Positions 1-13,833 of a stretch of 64,000 nt of DNA are shown piece after piece; position 1 is the stretch's first letter, and every line of letters starts with the position of its first letter. The notes beneath the pieces were generated by a model, which saw only the letters and a list, made by a program, of their open reading frames with translations, was not told the DNA's origin and made no database searches. This DNA comes from Antedon mediterranea (Eukaryota; Animalia; Echinodermata). The position numbers were made by a program, and so were the translations under genes. The DNA lies in contig NC_092673.1 in assembly GCF_964355755.1 (NCBI RefSeq), forward strand, positions 33,973,648 through 34,037,647, given 5' to 3'.

Positions 1-440
1 TACAGTTAGATGGTTTATCACAGGCTAGATAATGAATAATCAATCAATACAGACTTAATGTGATTTGTGTATATTTATGCAAATTGACATCGCTATCCTT
101 CTCAATTAAAGTCTTTACAACCAGGGAATGTGTAATCTTTAATCCATGGCTTTACGTCACTATAATAATAGATACATTATTATTAAAACAAAGCTTTTGA
201 TAAAAGTACATGCTGTTATGATGACTCAAATTGTGAAGCCATTGCATTCTCCAGGTTGCTATCAAGTTTGAGGGGGGGGGGGGGCGGGGGCGTGAAGCCA
301 TTGCATTCTCCATGTTGCTATCAAGTTTGAATTGAAACTCAACAAATTCCAATACATACAGCAGTCTCTGCATACAATAAAATAGTTTAATATTTAACAC
401 ATCTTTGTAATTTTCAATTCAAAGAAATAAAATGGCTTAA

Positions 441-1066
441 AGCCCCATTCCCTACGTTTTTTAGATCTAATTTAAGATCACAAACTATATTTAATGTAAA
501 AATAATACTATATGGTCCTATTGCGATAACTTTTTTCGTCTTTAAACGGTTAAAAATGTGAAAAATAAATCGATTTTAATAATTATAGCGGCCCGCTATA
601 AATCCCAAAATGCATTGCGCGCGGATTGATATTGTTGTTTTTCACCTGTAATTCGCCCACTTTTCGATCGATCGTGAAGCCAAAACAAATGGAAGACTCC
701 TAACTTTTCAGCGAAAATACCGGGTTTTCCCCAATTTGTATCAACGGAGTCTGGCAAAAATAGAAAGATAATTAATGCAGCAACTATACAACGTCAGGCT
801 AGGTATATAGCTAGCGTACGATGTTCGTACGTTACCGATGTTTACCAGCTAGGCCTACAAAACTAAGCCTAGCTAGGCTAGGCCTGAGACCGTCCACGAG
901 AGGTCGATCGCCGCGAGCTACTTAGGTAGTGCATTGTTTCTCACTTTTTATCATAATTTACCATAAAACGTACATTTAAGACAAGGAAAGACATGGTTTA
1001 ATGTTTTTAAAGTGATATATATGTATTATTTTCCAAAAAACGTCCAAAATTGCAGGGAAGGGGTCT
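441..1066. mobile_element. Non-autonomous DNA transposon (MITE), Kolobok-like
   Basis: Imperfect TIRs AGCCCCATTCCCTAC / GCAGGGAAGGGGTCT, flanked by TTAA on both sides (437-440, 1067-1070). TTAA TSD with 5'-AG ends fits Kolobok. Confidence 0.7.
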
Positions 1067-1541
1067 TTAATAATTTGTTTTTTTTGTAAGGACAAAAGGT
1101 ATGAAAACACTATAGTAAGATTGTTTGTCAAAATTTCAAAATACAATATTTTGATCGCTAAAACAACTAGACTTCTGCTGGAGAATTTCAGACATAAATC
1201 TCTTTGAGTAATTTGTGTATGCAGTTGTATGCCGACGTAATACTTGACGTCATTAGTCAGAAAAGAAACAATTATTGTAGACTTGCATCCGATGTTTACA
1301 CCTGAAATTGGCCAATTTAGAATGCCACATGATGTCATGCGACATGTTATGAATACATTACAAGTAATCAGCTATAATATTGCATATGTCTATTTATGAC
1401 ACAAACTATTATAATTTAAAACAACATTAAATACAGTATAAAGTTTCCTTTGGGACACCTCTATTCATGGGACACACTTATTAAGAGGACTCTTTCCTGT
1501 GAAACGAACAAGGGGAAGTGCATCAACAATACAGCAAACAC

Positions 1542-1734
1542 CTATTTAGGGGACACACCTATTTAGGGGACACCCCTATTTAGGGGACACACCTATTTAG
1601 GGGACACCCCTATTTAGGGGACACCCCTATTTAGGGGACACCCCTATTTAGGGGACACCCCTATTTAGGGGACACCCCTATTTAGGGGACACCCCTATTT
1701 AGGGGACACATCTATTTAGGGGACACACCTATTT
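1542..1734. repeat. 17-bp minisatellite (CTATTTAGGGGACACCC), about 11 copies
   Basis: Directly visible tandem array. It lies inside a decayed MITE-like stretch (~1432-1776: GGGACACCTCTATT...CCCTTAATAGAGGTT). Confidence 0.9.
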
Positions 1735-2843
1735 GTGTCCCAAAGGTGTTCCCTTAATAGAGGTTAGGTTCTACTAAGCTTTAGAGTATAATCTTATTAA
1801 TACATTAATAAAGTGATGTTACATGTAAACTGTTATTTTGTAAATTCATATAAATTATAAAAACACTGGAAATATAAAATATGGATACAGTACTGTATAC
1901 ACAAATATAAAATGATCTTAATTAATCGTTTTTTGTGTCATCAGTAAACCCATAACAATTTGAGCGATTCTCTACCCTTTCTGTGTACAGGGATTACTTC
2001 AACAAGCAGGGCCCTGTAGCTGAAGAGGGCTAGGGGTGGGTGTCACTGTCAAGAAACTAGACCTGAACATTCAGAATCCAAAAGTGCTGTGTTCAAATTA
2101 AGCTTTAGGCTAAGTCGAAAACTTTGAAAGTGGGTGTCCATATGCCCACCTCAATCTAAATACAATTACATCCTTGACCTCAAATGGTTGACCTCATTTC
2201 CCCCTCCCTCTCCTTGTTCCCTGCGCAAAAGAAAATAAGTACCTGGATCCCCACATTAAGATTGAAATTGAAACTAAAACCAAAAGTCTGTATCAATACA
2301 ATAAATGAAATACTGTAATGATTTTCTTGACAATTTCTAAATTGCTGTAGACTCAGTAGTATTTTCATCTAAAGGGCATTTAAACATTGAACTACAATAA
2401 AACGTAAGCACGGTATATTAAAAACATAAAACAGAGGATGATATTTCAAATGTCATGGCAACAATTTTTATAAAATGTCACCAATGTTCAAAGGAAAGGT
2501 TAAATGATAATTAGCAGGGTAGGGTGACCTATATTGTGAATTCTATGTACACAAGTTTATTTTCAATAACATATTCAGCCAGTCATGTGATATCAGTTTA
2601 TATCAATTTCTTTTGTACTTTTACTTAGTATTTGCCAGATATTACCAATAATGCACTGCTCTAGTGGTCAGGGTGTGTGGGGGGAGGAGGTAAGTAAAAA
2701 CAAGTTGCCCAAGCGAAATTAAACTTTAAAATCAAACTTATTAAAAATAAGATAACCATACAGTGAGTGGTCAAGAGAGTAGACAAGAACTAATATTTCT
2801 AATAGTTCCATACTAAAAAATGCCAATCAATAGTGCTACAGTA

Positions 2844-2989
2844 CAGTGGCATAACGCATGGGACAAAGGCCCCTCGTTTTAGCACTCGTCTCCAACACTG
2901 GGTAGTTGCATTGGACTATCCATGCTCTGGGCCCCTAGCTCTGGGCCCCTGGGTTTAGCAAATGAGTGCTCATAGCTGTTACGCCACTG
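2844..2989. mobile_element. Short hAT-like MITE
   Basis: TIRs CAGTGGCATAAC / GTTACGCCACTG. Imperfect 8-bp flanks TAGTGCTA / CAGTGCTA; the left one is offset by an extra CAGTA. Confidence 0.5.
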
Positions 2990-4134
2990 CAGTGCTACCA
3001 GTATTCACAAGCTAGCCTACCATTTTGAAACGACAAATAGGGTCCTGCACAACATTCAGCAATTTGGTTCAGGCCATTGGACAATAATTGTCTCCAATTA
3101 TAGGCCATCTTCCATCGTTGGTCTTACAGTAGAACTCGAAGTGTCAAAACATCCGATGTGCTCTCTCATACACTATCTGCCGATCGCTAGTAAACAACAC
3201 TTGTGATATTTAGTGTATACCACCATAATTAATGCAAATATAATGTGAAAAATGCTGGTAGTTGCCTTATTGCATTTAATATAACCATGGAGAATATTTT
3301 TCCATAATATAACCCTGGAAACACAATAAGTATAGTACAGTATTAGCTACATTCATGCAGCACATCCTCACACACTTTCCTGAGGCTACTATTATTTACT
3401 GACATGTTTCAAAGAGCCCTAGACTGTAAGTAATTGCCTATGCAAAAGAGGTTATGTTTCTTAAGCAGTATTATTTGTCCCCTTTTGTTTTTATGTAACA
3501 TCTCAGAATGCACCCATTCTGGGGGGGGGGGGGGGGGGTTGAGGTTGGTGAAGGATGGTAACAATGGTAAAATGCTGTTCACTGAACTTCTCATTGTAAA
3601 TTTCTAAATTTGACTAGGCCCCTTCTCTTGGCTGCACCTATGGGATGGAAAAAGTGTGAAGGGAACATTCTTTCGGTAGTGTTGTATAACATCTTGTACT
3701 GACCATTGCTGAGTGATACTGTTCACATAAACTATAAATAACGCTAGTTTTTGCTTGAGGCAGGTAGTACAAATGGGCTTTAATGAGTCTTTGGTACACT
3801 TGATATAATATTGATGAAGCAATACCCAAGATTGTCTAGCACAGTATAACAACAATAACTTTAGGATACCTTTAAACATTTATTTGACAAGCAAGAAACT
3901 TTAAGAGCATTTAATAAAAAGAGATTTTAACTCAAAATTCTTCTGATAAAGACTCTACTATTAGACCACTTTGGCTTCCATAGTGTGTTCAAATCTGATT
4001 AAATAGTGCCAACTCATTTAACTCTGAACTTGATATTGCCTGTTGCAGCAATAGATGATTGTGTTTGCCTTCATCTTTAGAAATACACTAGACCCAAATA
4101 TAACAAACACAATGTTTGCACTTATACTGTAGTT

Positions 4135-4435
4135 TACCTCCGCCAAAGAGGTATATGTAATCGATCACGTGTGTTTGTTTGTCTGTTTGTTTGATGAATG
4201 AATATACAGATTTTAGGACCGTTTGGGACCATAATCTCAATTCTGGACAACTTTTTAGTATACTTTTCAGACCTGCTAGTGTTAAGTAAACTGAAATTGT
4301 ATTTTCGAGAACTACTTTTCCATGATTTATTGTGAACCTTTTTTGATGCAAGTACTTCAAAAAACCTATTTCTTGTCAAATAAACTCGTTTGATTACAGT
4401 AGGCGGAGGTATGCACTCTCGGAGTGGCTTTCTAG
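4135..4435 (+). mobile_element. Non-autonomous Helentron/Helitron-like element (HINE/DINE-1-type structure)
   Basis: 5' TACCTCCGCC with a short inverted copy, a (GTTT/GTCT)n microsatellite, 3' subterminal IR GGCGGAGGTA, hairpin CACTCTCGGAGTG, terminal CTAG followed by TT. Confidence 0.7.
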
Positions 4436-7311
4436 TTAAGAATATAATTTGTATATGATTAGTTCAAAGCTGTCACTGTTTATCAGGTCCTGCAGTCTTT
4501 ATATTTGGTACGAGACAACTTTTAAACTACAAGTGTACCTTGAAATCTCTGCATATATGACTTCCCGCTTCCTCTATACTTTACCCTTCCCCATTCAATC
4601 TCTCGCCTATAAGGTCATTATTAACCCCTTTTCTGCCCTTCCGGATGATATTAATAAATTGTAAATAATCGTATTTTTCTAGTATATATGTACATTGTAT
4701 TGTTTGTTTAAATGCAATATTTGTTCTTGATAGCATTGGTAGCTAATAAAATTGAATTGAAATAATAAATAAGAATCTAGATATCCAGCGCTAAGCTTAA
4801 ACCAAACTGACAGAAAACAGGTCTCATGCTAAAACCAGTCTTTTGACCTCCATTGATGATAACAGAAATGGACGGGAATACTGTAGGCTTATAATTCATG
4901 CATACATCATACTTTGTACCATAAAATTCATACCCTGCTTATTGATCCATATGTTTGTTTATAAATTAATATAAACAGCAGTTTTAATTTCACACCTCAT
5001 CAGGATAACAACTATCTGATCACCTAAGTTTATAGTAATCTCACAGAACATAAATATTAAATGAAATTATGTTATTATAGTTATACACAAACCTCTGCAG
5101 AGCAACACTAGTAATTCTTGCTAATAAATCCAACAACACGAAGAAGATAAACCAGCTTATGTACCAAAACCTGAAAGATAACAAACATGAAATGTTTTGA
5201 AAATATGTTATTACATTATAGATTCTATAGTATAAAAATAATATTTTATCCAAAAGTCTAGCTAAGTTCACACACTCTTTTCACAATGCGGTTCAGTTTG
5301 TTATTCCCTCAGTCATACAATCTAAAAAAATACACCAGTATTCGTTATACCTTTGGGGATGGGAGGTGCTTGTCTATGTTACATTCAGAAGCCTATAAAA
5401 GATCAAGATAGATTGGATGTACTATTGAAACTTATCAGACGTACATCAGAGGTACATCAGAATTGCTCCGAGTTAGTCAAACTAACTTTCTATAAACCCG
5501 GGTATCTATAGACTTTAAATTAGGCCAAAGTGACCTTGGCAGTACCTCTCAGAAATAGGCTTCTGAAACACCGACTGAGCTACTGTAGTAAAACTCACAA
5601 AGTCCGGTGTTATGAGTTTACTATTCACATAAGTTTAGGACCTTCATGTTCAGCTTTTTTCTGAAGTGCAATAGTCTACAAATTGTTGGTTTCTGTGATT
5701 AATGTGAAGGCTTGCCATAAAAGATACAAACAGCCGCTTTAATCTATTCTATTACTATGCAAGATATTTTAAGAATACAACTTAAAACAATTTCTTGAGC
5801 CATTTATTTCGAACTGACAAACGATACAAGCAATAAACAACGCTTTGTGAGCCAAAGAAACAACTTAAGACACATATAAAACAACACTTTCTAATGTTCT
5901 TTGAACTTTGAAATATTGATGGAGAAGGTAATGATTCAGATGGGACCTAATGTAAAACATAGTGTCAGTAAGCAAATAGTACAACACACGGTTCAGTAAT
6001 ATTTCACTTCCAACAATCCAGACAATGATGCCAGTGAGCTTCCGAGTTGCAACTACCAGCAACTGACTACCAAACTACTGTAAGTTAAATGTCAATGTCA
6101 AATAATGACACAGTAAAAAAGATACAGTTACATTTTTTTTTAAATAAAATTCATTAAATTGTTAATGGCAACATGCTGCAACCATGGAGGTATAAAATAG
6201 AACCTCCATGCTGCAACTTTGTGAGACAATGCAGTCATAACTGTTTGTTGCCAGTCTCCATGTTGGAACTTTTTCGAGCTGTGATTGTGTTGGAGTTGAC
6301 TGTCAGGTTTAAAACTTGCTGAACTTTTAATCCATAGTAAGTTTTACATTCTTTGGGTGGTTGACTCTGGACAAAATAACAGGTAATTTAAACAAAAACC
6401 CAGTATAAACTGCTACTTTTTAATGGTGGGTGTACTATGGTATTAAATTAAAAATAACTTCAAATGAATATAGATATAGATAGCAAACAGCAGTTGAATT
6501 AAAACGCTGCAACAAGAATCCTGGTGCATTCAAGAATGACAGATTTCGGTACTGTAATGACTGACCAACATCCAAATCAATAAATCCACACTGTAAAATA
6601 AGCAGTTTCTCTGTTTGAAAATTGTAAAGTGCTGGAGGAATGAAAATGTACTGTGTGACTACTGCAGTAAACTACATTTAATATGTATTTGATCCACTAA
6701 TGCATAATAACCAGGAGTCAGAATATGCTAATGATATAAAGAACAGTTACACTCACTTCATTACAGTAAACAAACATAAATGATGTTGACAAAATATCAG
6801 TACTGTAACAAGTTAAGTAATAATACAAACTCATCAAGATCACTTTAAAATCTAAATGATGGTGAATTACAATACAGATAGTTAAAGAGGAATCATTATA
6901 AATTAGATATAGCAGTCTAGCACTCATCTTTGTGTACATATGTCTATTCAAATTGTTACTGGATCAGATGATAATGTTCCTCTATATCAATACTGTTACA
7001 TTTACTTTGTTGAAAGCTTATGCAAACACAATGATAACATATTTGTACAGTAGATTGAAGTATTATAATATTTTCAATAAACAACTTTTGGCTTAAATCC
7101 AGGTGTGAAAAATGCATGATGAATTTAGTGCCTATCAGATTGAACAATTATTGAGAGGGCCCTGAATATCAAACCCACTTGGCTAAACTGGAAAGATTGG
7201 TTGAAATAATAAAAAAAAAATTATTTGTTAATTGTTTTTAAAGTCTCCTTTTAGTGTCATATAGTAGAACCTCATCCATTGGGAAACGGGGTTAATATAT
7301 CTATATATTAA

Positions 7312-8661
7312 CTTTTAAGAGAATGTGCTTTTGAACTAGCGCCCCCTATAACCAATGTGTTTAACTGTGCCCTAAAAGCAGGTATTTTCCCTGATAGGTG
7401 GAAGCATGCGACAGTAGTACCTGTCCCTAAAATCAAAGGAGCTAATACCTGTAACGATCTGCGTCCTATTTCACTTACACCCTTATTAGCAAGAACTTTT
7501 GAGACTTTTTTAGTTAATTGGATCATAGAGGACATTAGTGTTAAGCTTGATAGTAGACAATTCGGGAGCCGCAAGGGTGCATCCACCACCCATTACTTAA
7601 TTAGTTTAATTGATTCTGTATTGAAGGATACTGATGGTAAACATTGTTATGTTAATTTATGCGCGGTTGATTTTGCTAAAGCCTTTGATCGGGTTGATCA
7701 TACTATAATTATTAACAAATTAATAGATATCGGAGTGAGATCATCCATAATACCCATCATCTGCAGCTTCCTTACTAATAGAGGCATCAATACCAGAGTG
7801 GGTAAGACCATCTCGGGTACAAGAAAGATCACCTGCGGCGTGCCCCAGGGCACTAAATTGGGCCCAGTTTTATTTCTGGTCCTAATTAATGATGCCAGTC
7901 TAGGAAGCTGCAGAAGATGGAAGTATGTGGATGATCTCACTCTAGGTGAAGTCGTGAAAAAAAACAATAATTCCCATTTACAGGTCTCCCTTGATGATTT
8001 GGATGACTGGTGTAAAGCTAACAATATGTTGCCTAAACCGTCTAAATGCCATGTTATGACAATTAATTTTTTGCGTAATGCTAGTGAGTTCCAGCCATTC
8101 ACCCTCAACAATACTATCCTTGAATGTGTTGGCAACCTCAAATTGTTAGGGGTTACTATTCAAGATAATATGAAATGGGACATGCATGTCACAGACATAG
8201 TCTCTAAGGCATCTCGAAAGATGTTTGCTTTATTTGTGATGAGGAGGTCTCGCGCGTCTGTGAATGACCTGATCAAGGTGTTCTGTTGCTATATTAGACC
8301 TATTCTTGAGTATGCATGCCCTGTGTGGCATGGTGCAATTACTAAAAAATTAGCACATAAAATTGAAGCTGTTCAAAAAAGAGCTCTAAGAACTATCCTG
8401 GGAAAAAATTATATATCGTACGATTTAGCTTTAGAGGAGACGCAACTCCTTTCGCTTGCAGCAAGGAGGGAAAGTCTGGTGCTTTCCTTTGGTCAGGGTC
8501 TCATAAAATCGACTTTGCACAGGGATATGCTCCCTCCTTGCCGCAAGCGAAAATTAAACCTTAGATCCAATGGTGGAAATCTGGAAGTGCCTAAATGCAA
8601 AACCGACAGATATAAACGGTCTGCTGTACCGTATATTGTTAATCTGCTTAACTCGAAATAA
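7312..8661 (+). CDS. LINE ORF2 reverse transcriptase domain (N-terminally truncated, uninterrupted)
   Basis: RT motifs LRPISLT, QFG, DFAKAFDRVDH, GVPQG, YVDD, LLGV, YIRPILEYACPVW. The frame is open from 7312; the ORF track starts it at 7357. Confidence 0.9.
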   Translation, partial: LLRECAFELAPPITNVFNCALKAGIFPDRWKHATVVPVPKIKGANTCNDLRPISLTPLLARTFETFLVNWIIEDISVKLDSRQFGSRKGASTTHYLISLIDSVLKDTDGKHCYVNLCAVDFAKAFDRVDHTIIINKLIDIGVRSSIIPIICSFLTNRGINTRVGKTISGTRKITCGVPQGTKLGPVLFLVLINDASLGSCRRWKYVDDLTLGEVVKKNNNSHLQVSLDDLDDWCKANNMLPKPSKCHVMTINFLRNASEFQPFTLNNTILECVGNLKLLGVTIQDNMKWDMHVTDIVSKASRKMFALFVMRRSRASVNDLIKVFCCYIRPILEYACPVWHGAITKKLAHKIEAVQKRALRTILGKNYISYDLALEETQLLSLAARRESLVLSFGQGLIKSTLHRDMLPPCRKRKLNLRSNGGNLEVPKCKTDRYKRSAVPYIVNLLNSK

Positions 8662-8950
8662 TTTTTTTATATAGGATTTTTATAAGAAAATAAATAAATT
8701 CATTTAAATTAATACTATTGTATTTATTGCTTAAAATAAATTAAAACCTTGATAAATATTTTTAAAATACTAGATAAATTTTAATGATTAATGTACAGTA
8801 TATTTATTTTTCTTATGCATATTGTAAATTGTTTTGTATTTTTTATCTGTAATGTAAATTTTTTATATAATGTGCTACAATAATTTCAGACTTGTTCTGC
8901 TTTTTGTAATGTTTCATATACCGAAATAAATAAATAAATAAATAAATAAA
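7312..8950 (+). mobile_element. 5'-truncated non-LTR retrotransposon, CR1/L2 group
   Basis: RT ORF, AT-rich 3' UTR and (AAAT)n tail at ~8924-8950. No endonuclease region is present. Confidence 0.9.
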
Positions 8951-11900
8951 CACTATTGCCAAACTCTATTAGGGAGAGACCCTAAAGATGTTATGTATTG
9001 TTGGTTCCTGAAGGTTTCCACTTATTGGGGATTCTAAAAGTATTTGAGGTTTTTCATGACAATTCTTAAATTAATATGTTTTTATATTTCATTTTATTTA
9101 AAAGAACAAAAACAGGTCAAGAAATCATACTCCCTCTCTTTCTCCTCTCTATCTCCAAAGAAGATTCATGTTTTACAATCTTTTTTTATAATAAATATTG
9201 TTAGCAAACCTAGTCAATGGTCTAAAGTTACACAAAACCAAAATGTTAGAGTTTTCTAAAGTTTTCCAACTAATAGTCTAGACTTCTGCATACCTGTTTT
9301 CTGCCAAGGTTTTCAACTGATCTTACTAATATACACTTGCAAACTTCAAAAAACTTTTTGTGACAGACTTCAAGTTTTCCTGATCAGTTTACAAACAAAA
9401 ATGTGCTACTGTAGTGAACTGTAGACTAGGCTTTTGTTGTTTGTTATTTAAGATCTTTACTGTAGCTCTGCCTCTCAGCCATGTTTAGTTTAGCTTTCAT
9501 GTCACATAATATTTTTACAATGCCATGTTTTACAATCATGTCTAATTATAATAACAATTGAGATTTTCATAAATAGTACAAAACAATTTATGTTATGATG
9601 CCAAGAAGTCTAAGTAATAAATTTGTATTTCCTTTAAGTGTGTAGTGTATTATATGATTATTTTACAAAGATATACAGTGATTATGATTAAGCCACTACA
9701 GCCGGGTCAAATCAAAACTTATGACGTTATAGAAATATATTGGTGCAACTAATTTAGTAAAGCAAGGCTTAATGACTTGCAATATTGAATTCATTAAGTT
9801 TTCAATGTTATTTTTTCAAATTAGGATCAAATAAATTTTAATTTCAAATAAAGCTCTGTAGTGAATCTTTCTGTTAATATCTATTTTATTGGACGATGTT
9901 ATAATTTATATATTATTAAATTATCTTTAATATGTGTTGAGAAAAAATCTCTCCTACTTCTAAAAATTCTATAGCCTCTACTAAAAAACAGCATACAACG
10001 AATATTTATTGACATTTTATTTTGTTGTTGACCATACACCTTTGAATCAGTGGCCCTCACAATATGTGGTGCGGTCCAAGAAACAAAACAGAACAGAACA
10101 TATTGAAAATAAAAAGACATGAATAACTAAATTATAAATAAGCTAAAAACAAAAATAACTAGAAACTACAGTATCTACAAGCAACAATACAATAATATAA
10201 ATTAATAATACTAATAATAATTGTAGTTTTAATCACAAGAGATGATGAATATTATATAATGTTCTGTATCTACTGTGTCATGCTATCAAAGCCATTCTTT
10301 ATGTAAGTTCAGACACGTACAGTACATCACTATCTATTGAACAATATTGACTCAAGGGGTACTGTAATGATGCATATAGTGATTAATAGTTCAGAGCAAG
10401 GCACCTATATTCAACAATGGTAAACTTTTATGAATGTTACATAAGGCTTTGCTTTTTTACAATTTATACAAATGTATGCAAAGTGGAAGATTTTATACTT
10501 CAGAGGTGTATGATACAGCATAGGCGATTTCAAGGGGTTCCCTACCGGCCCAAGCCTCCCTAAATTTTGTAAATTGTAATGCAAAAGATAGACTACTGTA
10601 CTCTGTCAGTTTTAGGCAGTACAATTTGCCATGTTTAGGCCCTGTGCCCTACTAATTCATAATCCTGGATTTGCCAACTGTACTGTACAATCCCAATTTA
10701 TGATACATAGGCTTTCTTACACACATCATATACAATTTTAAAAAAATGCTGTCATTCAATTTTTATTATACTCATATAAAAAAATCCTCTAATAAAAAAA
10801 TCCCTGAACTTGATCTGATTGATATTGATATCTACTTCAATGGATAGAAAGTTATTGATTAATTTCATATAGTAAAATTAATTATTAATTACATTTTTTC
10901 ATGGTTTACTTATCTACTAAGGTCTGTCTACACAATCTACACAAATTGTATGTGACAAAATGTGATGTGCCATATACTGTATGGACATGATGATGTCATA
11001 TCACTTACTGCAGTGCCATATTTGGACACATTGCACCATATATGGACATGTCACTTTTTTTTTTTGTCAAACTAGTTTGACAGTGTACAGTAGACTGAAC
11101 TTTAGAGATATTTTGGAGTAAAAAGTTTTTTCACTACCATATTTGGGCATATCACTACCATATTTGGTCATATCACTACCACATTTGGGCATATCACTAC
11201 CATTATTTGGACACTTTTTTTGTCAAACTAGTTTTATAGTGTAGACAGCTTTAGAGATATTTTGGAGTATTTTTAGTTCTATAATACAATAGTGTATACT
11301 GTATTAAATTTCATATACTATATGAATATATTTTTGTTAATACCAAAATCTATCTTTGCCTGAATACGGCAACGTTCAAAGAAATCATTTATAAAATCTG
11401 AGTACGTTACTTACAGGACTGCGAATCTTACATTTCTCATTAGAGACAGAGTAAGCAGTTGCTAAGCAACAATACCATAGAGGATAATATAAACCCATCA
11501 CTAACTATCAATATCAGGTTTAAATAATAATATTTTTATCATATAATACTATAGTGATCCTTAATAGCATTTTCATATTTCAAGAAAACATTGTCTATGA
11601 ATATTGTATCTATCTTAACTTTAAAATAACTTTAAAATACTGTTTGTTAATGTTACTTATAATTTTAAAAAATATATAAATTTTGTAAATTGTTTGATCA
11701 TAATATTATATTTCATCTTAATTCTAATAGCCCAATGATTATGATTAAAATAAAAAAATTAAGTTTGAAGATTTATAATAAACATATTTCATCTTTTTAG
11801 CAACAATATTACATTAGATTAAAAAAATCAAAAAATCCAGAAGAATTCCCCCCCACCCCCTTCAAAACATGCAAGCCCATTTCCCTTCCCCTTCCCATTT

Positions 11901-13325
11901 TTGTCTCTAGAGCTAAAGTATCTTTGCTCTCTCCATTGAAATAAATACACTGAGAATAGCTACAGATCTGATGTTTTTGTACACAAACATAAATAATTGA
12001 TTGATATCTAATACAATAAATCCCTTGACTAGCCTCACTATAGATACAGCAAATCCGTCAGTACCTTTGGGATTTCACCTCTCACGGTAACAGCTGATGC
12101 CAGGCTGAGTCACACAATAATATAAACAAAGTTACCTACTAAAATGATTAACAAACGAAAGTTTTTGTAAAGATATTTAGGTTAAATGAAGCAGGGGAAA
12201 GGCTGTCTAAATCCAGTAAATAAATGAGTATTATACTGTACAGACCTCACTTCTCTGTCAAAGTAAAGGTTTCTATGACTTGAGACGTCTCAATTGTGTA
12301 CCCAACCACCCATCCCCCTCCCATATTTAACTTAAGCCCTGTCTACACTTATCAAACTAGTTTAACAAAAAAATTGTGATGTCCCCAAATATGGTAGTGA
12401 TATGACATCATCATGTCCATATATGGGCACATCACATTTTTTTGTCACATAAGTACCTTGTACTGTGTACTTGTATACAGATAGCGCAATAGATTACAAC
12501 ATCCTGGTCCTTTAATACGACACACCCCATAATATTCAAGGTTTCCATAAAATCCTAATCATAAATGGACATTCTAAATACAATGTTTATTTGCATATCA
12601 TACTGTACTGTACATTTCTCTTTGTAAACTGTAAAAAGAATCTATTTGATTTTGAACCAAAAAATTGTACATGATTGTAATGATTGCCACATAAACATTT
12701 TTCATAAATAAATTAATCATAAAAAATATTAAATATAATCTAATAAACAATATCAATTGCTAATTTGGCTAATATTTTAATTAATAACCATTATTAATTA
12801 CACTTTTCTGATGTAATTGCATTGTAATCTGGCTGAGTAAATTTGGCTGAGTAAATTCAGCGAATTAAGCAATTAAGGTCTGGTTCAATGTCTCTACATG
12901 ATCCTAAGTTGCTCTCAATTGATAATTTGTGAGCTGATATTAAGAAATACTATCCTCCTTTATGATCATTGATTAAATGCTCTCTTGAAACAGTGGTGAC
13001 AATCATGGCCAATGAGTCGGCATAAGTTTCTCTTGCTAGTTAGTCTTGACTAACTATCTGTTTCATATGTTTCTTTTGAAAATGTTAATAGCATCCCACA
13101 TCTAAATTAAGTAGCTAGCGTTTTTTATAATTTTGGCTAAGTACAGTATGTAAGATGAACCTACTGTAAATCTGATATTTTAGCCTTAATATATAAAAAT
13201 TATTTTTGAGGCGAGCATATCAATTTGATCTCTGTTGCTCGTGCAATTGAGAACAAGTGCTGAGAACACGCCAAGGGTGTTGAAGAGTAGCTATTCTGTT
13301 CAACCAAATTAGAACAATAGCATGA

Positions 13326-13395
13326 GAGCCCCAGAGGTCTAATGGTTAGGACATCTGCAGGTTCCGAGTTTGAATCTCGGTTAGGGTGACTTTTT
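13326..13395 (+). repeat. Degenerate tRNA-derived (SINE-head-like) sequence
   Basis: A-box-like GGTCTAATGGTTAGG, B-box-like GAGTTTGAATCTC and a trailing T run. The anticodon arm is deleted. Confidence 0.5.
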
Positions 13396-13712
13396 CTCAT
13401 TCTTACTTACAGATTTCTTCATCTTTATTTTTTGAAATTAACTAATTAATATTCAGTATATCACAGGGCGGTTTAGAATTTCTTATAATGCCTGTATTAT
13501 TATCTTATATGAATTAATAGTTTTAATTACTAAAAAAAGAAATGTTATAATTCATGCTATATTATTAAAAAAGAATTAAAGTAATTCCATTTTATTATTT
13601 ACTGATGCCATCAGTAATACAAAATAATTACATAAAAAAAAAATGTTGTGTTCTTAATTATTTGGTAATTAAATCAAAATGTATACATTTTGTACTTTAC
13701 AAAATATCCTAA

Positions 13713-13833
13713 AGCTCTGTCTACACTATCAAACTTATTATGTGACAACAAAATGTGATGTACCCGATGACGTCACATCATTAACATATCTGGGCACACC
13801 ACGAAACTATAGTTTGATAGTGTTGACAGAGCT
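13713..13833. mobile_element. ~120-bp MITE; decayed relatives at ~10918-11252 and ~12333-12450
   Basis: TIRs AGCTCTGTCTACACTATCAAACT / AGTTTGATAGTGTTGACAGAGCT with TA/TWA-type flanks. The same termini and internal ATATCACTACCATATTTGGGC-type motifs recur at 10.9-11.3 and 12.3-12.5 kb. Superfamily uncertain. Confidence 0.7.

Noticed and set aside
1542-1734. CRISPR-like array of palindromic repeats
   Set aside because: The units are contiguous with no unique spacers, there are no cas genes, and the context is eukaryotic.
3040-3990. Possible coding exons or decayed ORFs
   Set aside because: Stops in the frames examined, no convincing motifs or splice-site pairs.
7308-8141. Minus-strand ORFs of 93 and 147 aa, and plus-strand ORFs inside the NLR exons
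   Set aside because: Antisense shadows of real coding frames.
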